Part shown: piece by piece, positions 9,765 through 18,406 of the stretch | How the letters are laid out: each line of letters starts with the position of its first letter | Position numbering within the stretch: position 1 is the stretch's first letter | Sequence record: OW849071.1 | Length of the DNA stretch: 64,000 bases | Reading direction: 5' to 3' (one strand) | From: a plasmid | Translations under genes and position numbers: made by a program | The notes under the pieces: generated by a model | What the model was told of the DNA's origin: nothing | The model's database searches: none | What the model saw: only the letters and a program-made list of their open reading frames with translations

Positions 9765-10863
9765 CACCGTTGAACGTCACATCCGGGGCAAATGGGCCTG
9801 CGACAGCTGCGAGACGTTGATCCAGGCACCGGTGCCACCGCAGGTGATCGACAAAGGCATCCCCACCGCTGGCCTGCTGGCCCAGGTGCTGGTGGCCAAG
9901 TATGCCGACCATCTGCCGCTGTACCGTCAGGAACGCATGTTCGGCCGTGCCGGCCTGGAAATCCCGCGCTCCACCCTGGCCGAATGGGTGGGTGCCTGTG
10001 GTGTGCAGTTGCAGCCGCTGGTGGATGCGTTGAGAAATACTCTGCTGGAACACAGTGTTCTGCATGCCGATGAAACCCCGGTCAGCATGCTGGCCCCGGG
10101 CAAGAAGAAAACCCACAAGGCCTACGTCTGGGCCTACTGCACCACACCGTTTGCCGACCTGAAGGCAGCTATTTACGACTTCGCACCCAGCCGTGCAGGC
10201 GAACACGCCCGAACCTTCCTGGGTGACTGGCGGGGCAAGCTGGTCTGTGATGATTACGCTGGCTACAAGGCCGGGTTCGGCAACGGCATTACCGAAATCG
10301 GCTGTATGGCCCACGCCCGGCGCAAGTTCTATGACCTGCACGAGGCCAACAAGAGCGAATTGGCGGCCAAGGCCTTGGAATACATCGGTGGACTCTACGA
10401 GATCGAGCGGGAAACCAAAGATCTGCCACCGGATATGCGGCGGGAAATCCGGCAAACCAAAGCCAAACCCCTTGCCGATGCGCTGCATCAGTGGATGCTG
10501 GCCCATCGCCAGAAAGTGCCGGATGGCTCCGGCACGGCCAAAGCCCTGGATTACAGCCTCAAACGTTGGGAAGCGCTGACGCGCTACCTGGACGATGGCG
10601 CTGTGCCCATCGACAACAACTGGGTGGAAAACCAGATCCGACCCTGGGCGCTGGGGCGCAGCAATTGGCTGTTTGCGGGTTCACTGCGCAGTGGTCAACG
10701 TGCGGCTGCGGTCATGACCCTAATACAGTCAGCGAAGCTGAATCGGCATGATCCCTATGCCTACCTGAAGGATGTGCTGACTCGCCTGCCGACACAGAAG
10801 AACAACGCCATCGACGAGCTATTGCCCCACAACTGGAAACCGGCCATACCTAACAAGGTGTAG
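9765..10863 (+). pseudogene. IS66-family transposase (TnpC-like), N-terminally truncated by IS26
   Basis: ...CDSCETLIQAPVPPQVIDKGIPTAGLLAQVLVAKYADHLPLYRQERMF...HADETP...DNNWVENQIRPWALGRSNWLFAGS are typical IS66 TnpC motifs; the ORF begins exactly at the IS26 boundary. Confidence 0.75.
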
Positions 10864-11113
10864 GCCGGACGTGTATGGAGAGCCTTCTTCGAAAGCTGGA
10901 CAAGGTGCCAACTCTAGACGGCAGGATATGCCCTGGGAGATCGATGAGAGAAAGAGGAGGCCATAAGTAGAAAATTTCCCAAGCGACTGGTGGCTCGCTA
11001 GGCATACGTGTCGTGTTACTCCTAAGTTATTAGACACACTAGATTTTCCGGGCTTTGCTGGGCTGCGGGTGTCGCAGGTGTATGCCGCACGGAGATCGCA
11101 GTTAAACCTGATA

Positions 11114-11677
11114 CTAGGCCGGCTCATGCACTAGCCGGATGTCGATTTCTCTGTCGACATACTTCCACTCCACCGAGGCCCGGAGTTCGGCCAAAAGCCT
11201 GTTAAAGCCCGGCTCATCAGACGGGGAATATTCGAACCACGTCAAGAAGTCGAAGGGTTCGCTCTCGCCCAGGTCCCGACAATGGTGGAGACGACGGGCC
11301 ACAGCAGGGAGATATTGGAGCCCAATGTGAATGTGACGGGACTGCTCCTCAAAAATCTTCCGGCGTTCGTCTTGAGCCAGTCCCCACCATGAGGGGTTTT
11401 TCCGGATAGGGATCAGGGCGGCACAGGTGGCCTCTGCTCGACCCAAACTTGGCTGCTTCGCCACGAGACGATCCTTCTCTTCACGCACGACATAACGCTC
11501 GTTACTCGTTATCCCGCGAAGAAGCCATTTGGTGCCCAAAGGCTGCGGCGAAACAGAGCCAGCGGCTACGTCGAGCCGGGGGATTCCAGGGAGAGGGGCT
11601 CCCGCCACGGCATCCATCCGAACAACGCGCCAAACACCCGTTTCTCCACCAGCGAACGTAAATAATCGTGTATTCAT
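11114..11677 (-). CDS. cld: Chlorite dismutase, lineage II (short, dimeric Cld type)
   Basis: ...ALIPIRKNPSWWGLAQDERRKIFEEQSRHIHIGLQYLPAVARRLHHCRDLGESEPFDFLTWFEY... aligns with short Clds as I recall them (NwCld/KpCld-like; proximal His, distal Arg region). Confidence 0.75.
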   Translation of the reverse strand: MNTRLFTFAGGETGVWRVVRMDAVAGAPLPGIPRLDVAAGSVSPQPLGTKWLLRGITSNERYVVREEKDRLVAKQPSLGRAEATCAALIPIRKNPSWWGLAQDERRKIFEEQSRHIHIGLQYLPAVARRLHHCRDLGESEPFDFLTWFEYSPSDEPGFNRLLAELRASVEWKYVDREIDIRLVHEPA

Positions 11678-11700
11678 CAGTTTCCTCTCAGGCCTTTCGC

Positions 11701-12075
11701 CTATTTCTCAGCCAACGCAAAACCGGCATTGCCCGGCGCAACCACTGAAACAAATATAAAAGGTTCGGGGCCAGAGTTCATTGCACCATGTACCTGCCCA
11801 GGTTTTGCGATCGCAATATCTCCAGCTTTAAGATGAGTGACTATGCCGTTACCTTGATGATATTCGGCTTCACCTGAGATAACCGTCCAAGTATCTTGGC
11901 CGTGAGGATGTACATGGGAAGCTATTTCCTGCCCAGGGTGGGCGTGCCAAACAACGACGACAGAGTCATTGGTTTCCAGAACAACCGAACGAATCGGTTC
12001 GCCGTTAGACGGACGAACATATTCATCCACCGAAAAAATCCGCGATTCAGTTTCTGCTCTCATGTTCACACCCAT
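11701..12075 (-). CDS. Cupin-fold protein, co-oriented immediately upstream of cld
   Basis: 124-aa ORF with a two-His cupin core (HAHPGQEIASHVHPHGQDTW); 24-bp gap to cld. Confidence 0.65.
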   Translation of the reverse strand: MGVNMRAETESRIFSVDEYVRPSNGEPIRSVVLETNDSVVVVWHAHPGQEIASHVHPHGQDTWTVISGEAEYHQGNGIVTHLKAGDIAIAKPGQVHGAMNSGPEPFIFVSVVAPGNAGFALAEK

Positions 12076-12085
12076 TTAAAACTGA

Positions 12086-12780
12086 TTGGACACGTACTCT
12101 AAACGCAACTGCGCCTGGACAGCACATGAAGATATGTACCTAAGCGCCCTTCGGGAAAACTATGCTCTGGCGCACAGAGACCGTCAATACTCCGTCGTGG
12201 GTAGGCATGACATAACGGGAGGAGACGGGCGACGCTTTGGTCATATGTACATGAGAAGGTGGCTCGCCCGCTCGGCAGGGTTGTTGTCGATGGGCAGGTG
12301 TCCCCCTTTCGATGTAGCGGATCAGCTTTAACCAGTTGCTCGCAAGGCAATTGATTGCTTGCCCAAGGCACTTTGACGACGTGACCTGGGGAGGGGTTTT
12401 GTCCAGCCTAGCTTTCAGTTGCTCCAGGAAAGCCTGGCTTTGCGACTGGCGCGTCTGGTATCGCTGGGCATCGCCCGCCTCTTCCATGTCGCGCTCGATG
12501 CCGTAGAGCTTGTTGATAAGAGTCAGTGCCATCTCCGCTCGGCCGATCTTGCCCTTGGATTGAGTTTTCTGATGAACTTGCGCCGCGCATGCCCAGCAAC
12601 CTATACGCTCGACGCCTTTCTGCCTCCAGGAGGCGCTGCGGCACCTCCTGGGTACGGCTAGCGGTGTAATTGAACAGGATGACCGGAAGATTTGGTGGGC
12701 CACCGCGATCTCCTCAGTAGCTATAGCCAAACAGGTTGGGTATGAGAAGTTCAAGGGGGGGCGAGCAAAGCCCCCGTTCC
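12086..12780 (-). pseudogene. Second IS66-family transposase remnant, frameshifted, inverted relative to the 9765..10863 remnant
   Basis: ORF 12140..12754 contains ...ALTLINKLYGIERDMEEAGDAQRYQTRQSQSQAFLEQLKARLDK...LIRYIERG, the same protein region as in the first remnant; downstream frames are broken. Confidence 0.55.
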
Positions 12781-12823
12781 AATTGATTCTCTATTCCACA
12801 CAAATGGCGATATAAGCCGGCGG

Positions 12824-12920
12824 GTGATGACGACCCTGGAAGCTCTGGCATCGAGAGTGGATGTCTACTCCATCGACGAGGCGTTTCTGGATCTGACCGG
12901 AATCGACCGGGTGGTAAGCT
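12824..12920 (+). pseudogene. ~30-codon internal fragment of a umuC/mucB-like Y-family polymerase gene
   Basis: MTTLEALASRVDVYSIDEAFLDLTGI resembles UmuC residues ~75-100 (MSTLEELSPRVEIYSIDEAFCDLTGV). Confidence 0.45.
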
Positions 12921-12945
12921 TCGAGCCTTTTGGTCGGCAGGCGAT

Positions 12946-13281
12946 TTGGCTCAAGGTGGAATCACCGGACGGTTACGATACAACGGTCAACGCTTGCGCC
13001 TGCTGTCGATTGACACCCCGGAAACCTACAAGCCCAGGTGCGACGCCGAGCTGACGAAGGGCCGCGAGGCAACCGCACGCCTCCGCGAACTGGTTGCCAA
13101 CGCTCAGCGCATCGAGGTTGTCGATTCCGGCCAAGCCGACAAGTACGACCGCCGCCTTGTTCACCTGCTGATCGACGGGCGGGACGTGGGGCAAACCCTC
13201 ATGGCCGAGGGGTTAGCCGTTGAGTGGAGGCCCGGCCCGAATGCGTGGAGGGAACGCCGTCGCCACTGGTGCGGATACTGA
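12946..13281 (+). pseudogene. nuc: Staphylococcal-nuclease-like thermonuclease gene, apparently N-terminally truncated (TTG start; reading frame opens at 12898)
   Basis: ...RLRLLSIDTPETYKPRCDAELTKGREATARLRELVANAQRIEVVD...RRLVHLLIDGRDVGQTLMAEGLAVEW carries the SNase GIDAPE-type motif but lacks the upstream DGDT strands. Confidence 0.5.
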
Positions 13282-13440
13282 TCGCTTTTCAGCTTGAGCC
13301 AGGAGCGCCCCGCCGCAGTGATCGGCACTTGTGTCGATCCGAGGAGGCGCAAGAGCCACAAGCCCCTGATAGGACCACGTAACGCGGCCATGCCACTAGA
13401 GCACGGCCGCTTTTTTCTTTTAAAAACAAAAATATAAAAA

Positions 13441-13610
13441 AATCCTGTTGCTTGAGCCGGTGGTATTGTGGGCAACTGCCGACCTGTTGGCAGGGTGGGG
13501 GCAACCGCTCGCGGTTGTCCCTGGCCTGTCAATGGGGAACCGCGAAGCGGTTAGGCAGGTATCCGGCTTGCCGGATTGTCCATAATTCCACGGGCTGTTT
13601 TCCCCAGGGC
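13441..13610. other. GC-rich multi-hairpin core flanked by imperfect AT-rich inverted repeats (13405..13440 and 13611..13650); possible origin or ssi-type element
   Basis: Several short palindromes (ctgccgacctgttggcag, caaccgctcgcggttg, ccggcttgccgg) between cttttaaaaacaaaaatataaaaaaa and tatatgttttttttgttttaaagag. Confidence 0.3.
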
Positions 13611-13704
13611 TACACGTTTTATATATGTTTTTTTTGTTTTAAAGAGTTTTAGGGAATCAGAAGGCAAAATTTACCTTCATTATCAGTTGCTTATAGAACC
13701 CCTC

Positions 13705-13783
13705 GGTGGGTAATAGACGGTTTCCGGTGGGTAATAGACGGGGTTGGGTGGGTAAACGACGGAACCGGGTGGGTAATAGACGG
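13705..13783 (+). repeat. Iteron array: four direct copies of GGTGGGTAATAGACGG (one variant GGTGGGTAAACGACGG) at exactly 21-bp spacing
   Basis: Copies at 13705, 13726, 13747 and 13768; a DnaA-box-like ctatccaca lies at 13785..13793. Confidence 0.75.
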
Positions 13784-13818
13784 ACTATCCACAGGCTGGA
13801 TCGCCGGATCGATCCCCT

Positions 13819-13889
13819 CCCGTCTATTACACACCCGCCTTGCGCAAACCCTGACCAGTAGTCGCCTCGCGCTCCGTCTATTACACACC
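13819..13889 (-). repeat. Two inverted iteron copies (CCGTCTATTACACACC) 55 bp apart
   Basis: 13819..13834 and 13874..13889; revcomp GGTGTGTAATAGACGG differs by 1 nt from the direct iterons. Confidence 0.7.
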
Positions 13890-13896
13890 GCCGCGC

Positions 13897-14091
13897 TTAG
13901 TATTCGCCTGGGTCCAGTGGGGGGAGAACCCCGGAGCTGCTGACGACTTCCCCGCGTTGCGGACGCTCGACCGTCTCGCCGGGTTTCAGCGGATAGCGCC
14001 GCAGCACTCGCCCGTATTCTTCGCTCGCCCGCTTTGCTTCCACGCGCACGCGGCCAGACTCCGAGTTGACGCAGTTCAGGTAATTTTCTGT
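13897..14091 (-). pseudogene. C-terminal ~65 codons of an unidentified (possibly rep) gene adjacent to the iterons, truncated by the IS26 fragment
   Basis: Minus-strand frame ...NYLNCVNSESGRVRVEAKRASEEYGRVLRRYPLKPGETVERPQRGEVVSS... stays open from the IS26 boundary to a stop at 13897. Confidence 0.3.
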
Positions 14092-14354
14092 GGCACTGTT
14101 GCAAATAGTCGGTGGTGATAAACTTATCATCCCCTTTTGCTGATGGAGTTGCACATGAACCCATTCAAAGGCCGGCATTTTCAGCGTGACATCATTCTGT
14201 GGGCCGTACGCTGGTACTGCAAATACGGCATCAGTTACCGTGAGCTGCAGGAGATGCTGGCTGAACGCGGAGTGAATGTCGATCACTCCACGATTTACCG
14301 CTGGGTTCAGCGTTATGCGCCTGAAATGGAAAAACGGCTGCGCTGGTACTGGCG
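14092..14354 (+). mobile_element. IS26 fragment (left 263 bp: IR plus first ~70 codons of tnp26), interrupted by IS26 copy C
   Basis: GGCACTGTTGCAAATAGTCGG... at 14092; ends at ...ctgcgctggtactggc where copy C's IR begins. Confidence 0.9.
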
Positions 14355-15174
14355 GGCACTGTTGCAAAGTTAGCGATGAGGCAGCCTTTTGTCTTATTCA
14401 AAGGCCTTACATTTCAAAAACTCTGCTTACCAGGCGCATTTCGCCCAGGGGATCACCATAATAAAATGCTGAGGCCTGGCCTTTGCGTAGTGCACGCATC
14501 ACCTCAATACCTTTGATGGTGGCGTAAGCCGTCTTCATGGATTTAAATCCCAGCGTGGCGCCGATTATCCGTTTCAGTTTGCCATGATCGCATTCAATCA
14601 CGTTGTTCCGGTACTTAATCTGTCGGTGTTCAACGTCAGACGGGCACCGGCCTTCGCGTTTGAGCAGAGCAAGCGCGCGACCATAGGCGGGCGCTTTATC
14701 CGTGTTGATGAATCGCGGGATCTGCCACTTCTTCACGTTGTTGAGGATTTTACCCAGAAACCGGTATGCAGCTTTGCTGTTACGACGGGAGGAGAGATAA
14801 AAATCGACAGTGCGGCCCCGGCTGTCGACGGCCCGGTACAGATACGCCCAGCGGCCATTGACCTTCACGTAGGTTTCATCCATGTGCCACGGGCAAAGAT
14901 CGGAAGGGTTACGCCAGTACCAGCGCAGCCGTTTTTCCATTTCAGGCGCATAACGCTGAACCCAGCGGTAAATCGTGGAGTGATCGACATTCACTCCGCG
15001 TTCAGCCAGCATCTCCTGCAGCTCACGGTAACTGATGCCGTATTTGCAGTACCAGCGTACGGCCCACAGAATGATGTCACGCTGAAAATGCCGGCCTTTG
15101 AATGGGTTCATGTACAGCTCCATCAGCAAAAGGGGATGATAAGTTTATCACCACCGACTATTTGCAACAGTGCC
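14355..15174 (-). mobile_element. IS26 copy C, complete 820 bp, inserted into another IS26
   Basis: IR at 14355..14368 and 15161..15174. Confidence 0.95.
14407..15111 (-). CDS. tnp26: IS26 transposase Tnp26
   Basis: Same sequence as copy A. Confidence 0.95.
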   Translation of the reverse strand: MNPFKGRHFQRDIILWAVRWYCKYGISYRELQEMLAERGVNVDHSTIYRWVQRYAPEMEKRLRWYWRNPSDLCPWHMDETYVKVNGRWAYLYRAVDSRGRTVDFYLSSRRNSKAAYRFLGKILNNVKKWQIPRFINTDKAPAYGRALALLKREGRCPSDVEHRQIKYRNNVIECDHGKLKRIIGATLGFKSMKTAYATIKGIEVMRALRKGQASAFYYGDPLGEMRLVSRVFEM

Positions 15175-15198
15175 GAAAAAATAGCTAAATGATATCCG

Positions 15199-16218
15199 TC
15201 AGGACGGCGGAGCCAGGGCCAGCTCCAGCTGATACAGGTTCTGAATGGCCAGCTGCTGCAGCCGCTCCGTTGTACACCAGTAAGCCTCGTCTGCCGGCAT
15301 TGTCTTCAGGATATGAAGCGACATTTCGTGAATCTGGCGCTCACGAGAATATCTGGCCAGGCGGTTAGCTCGTTTACGTTCGGCGCCACGCTGCCGACGG
15401 AACCTCAGTGCATCGAGAGTTTTTTGACGGTACCAGCGCTCACGTGCTGCACACGGGGAGATCTCCTCATCTTCACGCAGAATCCCCTCCTCGATAAGAC
15501 GACGACGCTCTTCGCTTTGCCGGAGCTTTTTTTGTTGTTCCGCATCAAGTTTTTCCAGATCCACTCCCAGCATCTGAAACCCTAACGCGGTGATATAGAC
15601 GTATTTAGGAAGCCAGGTACGGGATTCCCTGTCCCAGCTATTTTCTTCAGATACAGCCAGGACACCAAAACGAACCTGTTCGTCAATCAACCGGGACAGA
15701 CGTGAGACTGTTACCTCTGTTTCCGGAATAACTTTTCCATGACTGTCTTTCTGGCTGAGTTCTTTTGCCAGACGAGAAATACACATACCGACCGTCAGCT
15801 TGCCGGCATCACAGAAGCTGATCAGCACTGGCCAGATAGCATCCAGCAGACGTTGCTTTTCCGGCCGGAAGCCATACCGGCGGCCAGCCCGACGACGTTC
15901 CCTGACGTACAGCGGATGAAGCGATACGTGCATACGCAGTCGCACCTCACCAGTGGTGCGATCTTTTTGAACAAGACGGTTATAGGCGTGCCCCAGCTGG
16001 CCACCCAGTTTTTTGTAATGCTCCGGTCGAAACCAGGTCGGGTTTTCACATTTGGGTTTTGTGGAGTGCTCGCCGCGCCGGCGACGGGTAGATTTCTTCT
16101 CCGGGGAAACCAGAAAAGATGCCACATGGCCGTCCTCTACCCCCTGCCAGAAACGGATCTGTTCATCCATATCCAGCTGACTCCAGTGTTGCGGATTGTG
16201 CGCATTACTCATCTGCAC
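15199..16218 (-). CDS. repA: Full-length, divergent RepA1-family (IncFII-type) replication initiator, 339 aa, GTG start overlapping the upstream ORF
   Basis: By-eye collinear similarity to R100 RepA1 over N- and C-terminal halves (RPEKQRLLDAIWPVLISFCD vs PPVLRRRAIDALLQGLCFHYD; C-terminal RARARRDADRERQ-like basic tail). Confidence 0.6.
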   Translation of the reverse strand: MQMSNAHNPQHWSQLDMDEQIRFWQGVEDGHVASFLVSPEKKSTRRRRGEHSTKPKCENPTWFRPEHYKKLGGQLGHAYNRLVQKDRTTGEVRLRMHVSLHPLYVRERRRAGRRYGFRPEKQRLLDAIWPVLISFCDAGKLTVGMCISRLAKELSQKDSHGKVIPETEVTVSRLSRLIDEQVRFGVLAVSEENSWDRESRTWLPKYVYITALGFQMLGVDLEKLDAEQQKKLRQSEERRRLIEEGILREDEEISPCAARERWYRQKTLDALRFRRQRGAERKRANRLARYSRERQIHEMSLHILKTMPADEAYWCTTERLQQLAIQNLYQLELALAPPS

Positions 16219-16756
16219 TCTCCCTGCCGCTGTTTTTGGCGGCCAGACACTTCAGTCTGGCTTCGCTCAGAGAGAGTGGAAATACGCCAAGAAATTCGAA
16301 CAGCTTAGGGGTGAAAAAAATCTCAGCAGTTGAATAGCAATCCGATGAGCAGGCAACAAATTCAAAATCTTTTTCCAGCGATTCCAGTGCCCTGATTGCT
16401 CGTGTAATGGACACTTCGCCAGAAAGAGATTTAGTTGCAAGTCCGCACTCCAGGGCAATCTCCCTGAGTGAGCGCAGAACTTTATTTGACAGGGGATCGT
16501 AATAAAAACACATCGCCATGAGCAACGCATTCATCGCTCTGCGGCGCAAAAATGGGGGTTTACGTTTTCGTATTCCGTCCCTACGCGACATCGCTGATGC
16601 GATATCGAAACTGAAGCTTTCAGTGAAACCATTGGCTTTTACCATAAGTTTCAGCGAGAAAGGCCAGGGAGTGTAGTCCTGGGGAACCGTGAAAACAGGT
16701 TCAGGATTGTTTACCTGAACATACTTGCATGAGCTTTGTTGGTTATGATCAGTCAC
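16205..16756 (-). CDS. RepA1-like N-terminal ORF (183 aa), closer to R100 RepA1 than the downstream gene; ends 14 nt inside the 339-aa ORF
   Basis: MTDHNQQ...NPEPVFT...KPPFLRRRAMNALLMAMCFYYDPLSNKV...ECGLATKSLSGEVSITRAIRAL aligns with R100 RepA1 residues 1..~175. Confidence 0.6.
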   Translation of the reverse strand: MTDHNQQSSCKYVQVNNPEPVFTVPQDYTPWPFSLKLMVKANGFTESFSFDIASAMSRRDGIRKRKPPFLRRRAMNALLMAMCFYYDPLSNKVLRSLREIALECGLATKSLSGEVSITRAIRALESLEKDFEFVACSSDCYSTAEIFFTPKLFEFLGVFPLSLSEARLKCLAAKNSGRESADE

Positions 16757-16837
16757 CGCTTCCTGCGCTTATGTTGCACAGAAGGAGCGAATGACACAGA
16801 AACTGAGCTTGAAGTTTTCTGAGCATGTACATATACT

Positions 16838-16928
16838 CCCTGCATAGAGCAACAGCTTCTATGCAGTTTATGAGGGCCCCGTTAATCTTTTCCTTCCGCC
16901 AAGATTGAAGAAGATTATCGGGGTTTTT
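16838..16928 (+). ncRNA. copA: Candidate CopA-type antisense RNA (copy-number control) ending in a hairpin followed by a T-run
   Basis: Stem ccccgttaatctt (16877..16889) / aagattatcgggg (16911..16923) followed by ttttt, antisense to the repA leader between copB and repA. Confidence 0.35.
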
Positions 16929-17037
16929 ACTTTCTGGTTCCGGGTAAACATCCACAAAACCAGCTCCCTGCCACCTTATGGTGTGGCCAGCCAAGAATTC
17001 TAAACGTTCAGTAATCTAGCACTCATAGCAGGCATGA

Positions 17038-17307
17038 TCAAGAATGTGACGTCGTTACGTCGATTCCTAGTTTCGCAGATTCCCTTTCAATCAGCCTCTC
17101 AATCATTGCTGCCTGAGTAATTCCTTCATTCTCACACATGATTTGAAGCTGGTTTTTAAGCTTGTCCCGCACAAATACTCTCACCTCTTTGTGCGTCGCT
17201 TTTTTTCGGGCAACAGCTTTCTGCTGACGTTCTGCCGCAGAAACAGGGTTGCCCTTCCTATAGGGACGTTTAGATGAGGAAGTAACTCCGTTAACGACCT
17301 GTGACAT
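17038..17307 (-). CDS. copB: CopB/RepA2 transcriptional repressor of repA (ORF track starts 6 codons earlier at 17325)
   Basis: MSQVVNGVTSSSKRPYRKGNPVSAAERQQKAVARKKATHKEVRVFVRDKLKNQLQIMCENEGITQAAMIERLI resembles R100 CopB. Confidence 0.8.
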   Translation of the reverse strand: MSQVVNGVTSSSKRPYRKGNPVSAAERQQKAVARKKATHKEVRVFVRDKLKNQLQIMCENEGITQAAMIERLIERESAKLGIDVTTSHS

Positions 17308-17442
17308 CTCTGCCTCCTCAAGCATATAACTGAATACTTGAACAAAGATACTACACGTCGCTGGATGCAGCGAGAGTTACGTTATTTTTTGTTATATAAC
17401 CTGCCCTTGTTGGCGCAATGAGCAGGCTATTGAGCGAGGAGG

Positions 17443-18003
17443 TTAATACGAGGAACTCCAGTCTTTTCCCATCTCCCACCGAGTTTGCCAGTGCTGGAGA
17501 TAGCGTTGAGCAACGACTGGTTCATCCCACACGACTAGCACGTTCTCTGAATTGAACCGATCAGCGGCTCGAGTGTAGTTAAAAGACCCCACTTCAACAT
17601 TACGGCCGTCAGCAATAATGACTTTATCGTGCATGATTTTGTACTGCGACACTGTGCGAACCGGGATACCGGCATTGACCAGAAGATTCATGGCCGCCAG
17701 ACTCGCCTTGTTTTGCCTGCCTGTATTGGCTTTCCAGTCCAGAACCACTTTCACATCGAGACCACGCTGTTTTGCCCTGACAAGCGCGCCGGCGACTTCG
17801 GGTGAGGTGAAGGAATAGCCCATCAGCCGGATTTCCTGCTGTGCAGAATTAATAGTCTTCAGGACCAGCTGCAGAGCCGTTCCTTCCGGCGAATACCCCG
17901 TCTCGATGCTGGCGGCATACACGGCCGGAACTGGTGCAAACAAAGACAGGCTGATAAGCCCGGACAGACAACATCTGCGGAGCGTACGGTTCATTTTTTT
18001 CAC
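17443..18003 (-). CDS. nuc: Secreted phospholipase-D-family endonuclease (Nuc-like)
   Basis: Signal peptide plus HDKVIIAD (HxK...D) PLD motif; similar in size and motif to the pKM101 Nuc-type plasmid nuclease. Confidence 0.75.
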   Translation of the reverse strand: MKKMNRTLRRCCLSGLISLSLFAPVPAVYAASIETGYSPEGTALQLVLKTINSAQQEIRLMGYSFTSPEVAGALVRAKQRGLDVKVVLDWKANTGRQNKASLAAMNLLVNAGIPVRTVSQYKIMHDKVIIADGRNVEVGSFNYTRAADRFNSENVLVVWDEPVVAQRYLQHWQTRWEMGKDWSSSY

Positions 18004-18097
18004 AGTATTTCCTTAACGGGTGTTTAAGAAACGCCGGGAGCGGGGAAACTGGCTTTTCCCCGTTCCCGAGGTTGGACAACGACGCGATGCGGAGGCG

Positions 18098-18406
18098 TCA
18101 GGATTTTGTGGTATGACGAAACCAGTAGCAGACGGGTCCGTCGCCGGTATCGTGGACAGATCCCAGAAACCAGCCATCATCATCCGGTGGCTCCGGTATC
18201 CAGCCACGGGCATTCGGGGCTTCATCCGTAAATCCGGCAGCGAAAGCTTCAGGCGCTTCATCGCGCATTGTTATCACAAAGCACTGGAGTTTATGGGTTC
18301 TGAGCCAGTAACTTAATTCTGCGGAAGTTTCACAGCCACTTCGTACCAGCGCAGGATGTGTCCAGTACCCCTGTTCATCACGTTTCACTTCGGCGGCGAT
18401 AATCAT
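18098..18406 (-). CDS. Hypothetical 102-aa protein
   Basis: Intact ORF co-oriented with neighbours, 4-bp overlap with the upstream gene. Confidence 0.4.
   Translation of the reverse strand: MIIAAEVKRDEQGYWTHPALVRSGCETSAELSYWLRTHKLQCFVITMRDEAPEAFAAGFTDEAPNARGWIPEPPDDDGWFLGSVHDTGDGPVCYWFRHTTKS

Noticed and set aside
9658-10506. 282-aa minus-strand ORF antisense to the IS66-family transposase remnant
   Set aside because: Spans the IS26 boundary and is antisense to a recognisable transposase sequence; artefact.
12824-13281. Possible intact umuC-nuclease operon
   Set aside because: Only ~30 codons of a UmuC-like sequence are present and the nuclease lacks its N-terminal strands; both are treated as remnants.
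13691-14164. 157-aa minus-strand ORF spanning the iteron array
   Set aside because: Translation is a repetitive peptide (PSITHP...) generated by the iterons themselves; not a gene.
16749-16994. 81-aa ORF in the copB-repA intergenic (CopA/leader) region
   Set aside because: Region is expected to encode the antisense RNA target and a short leader peptide, not an 81-aa protein; no conservation signal.
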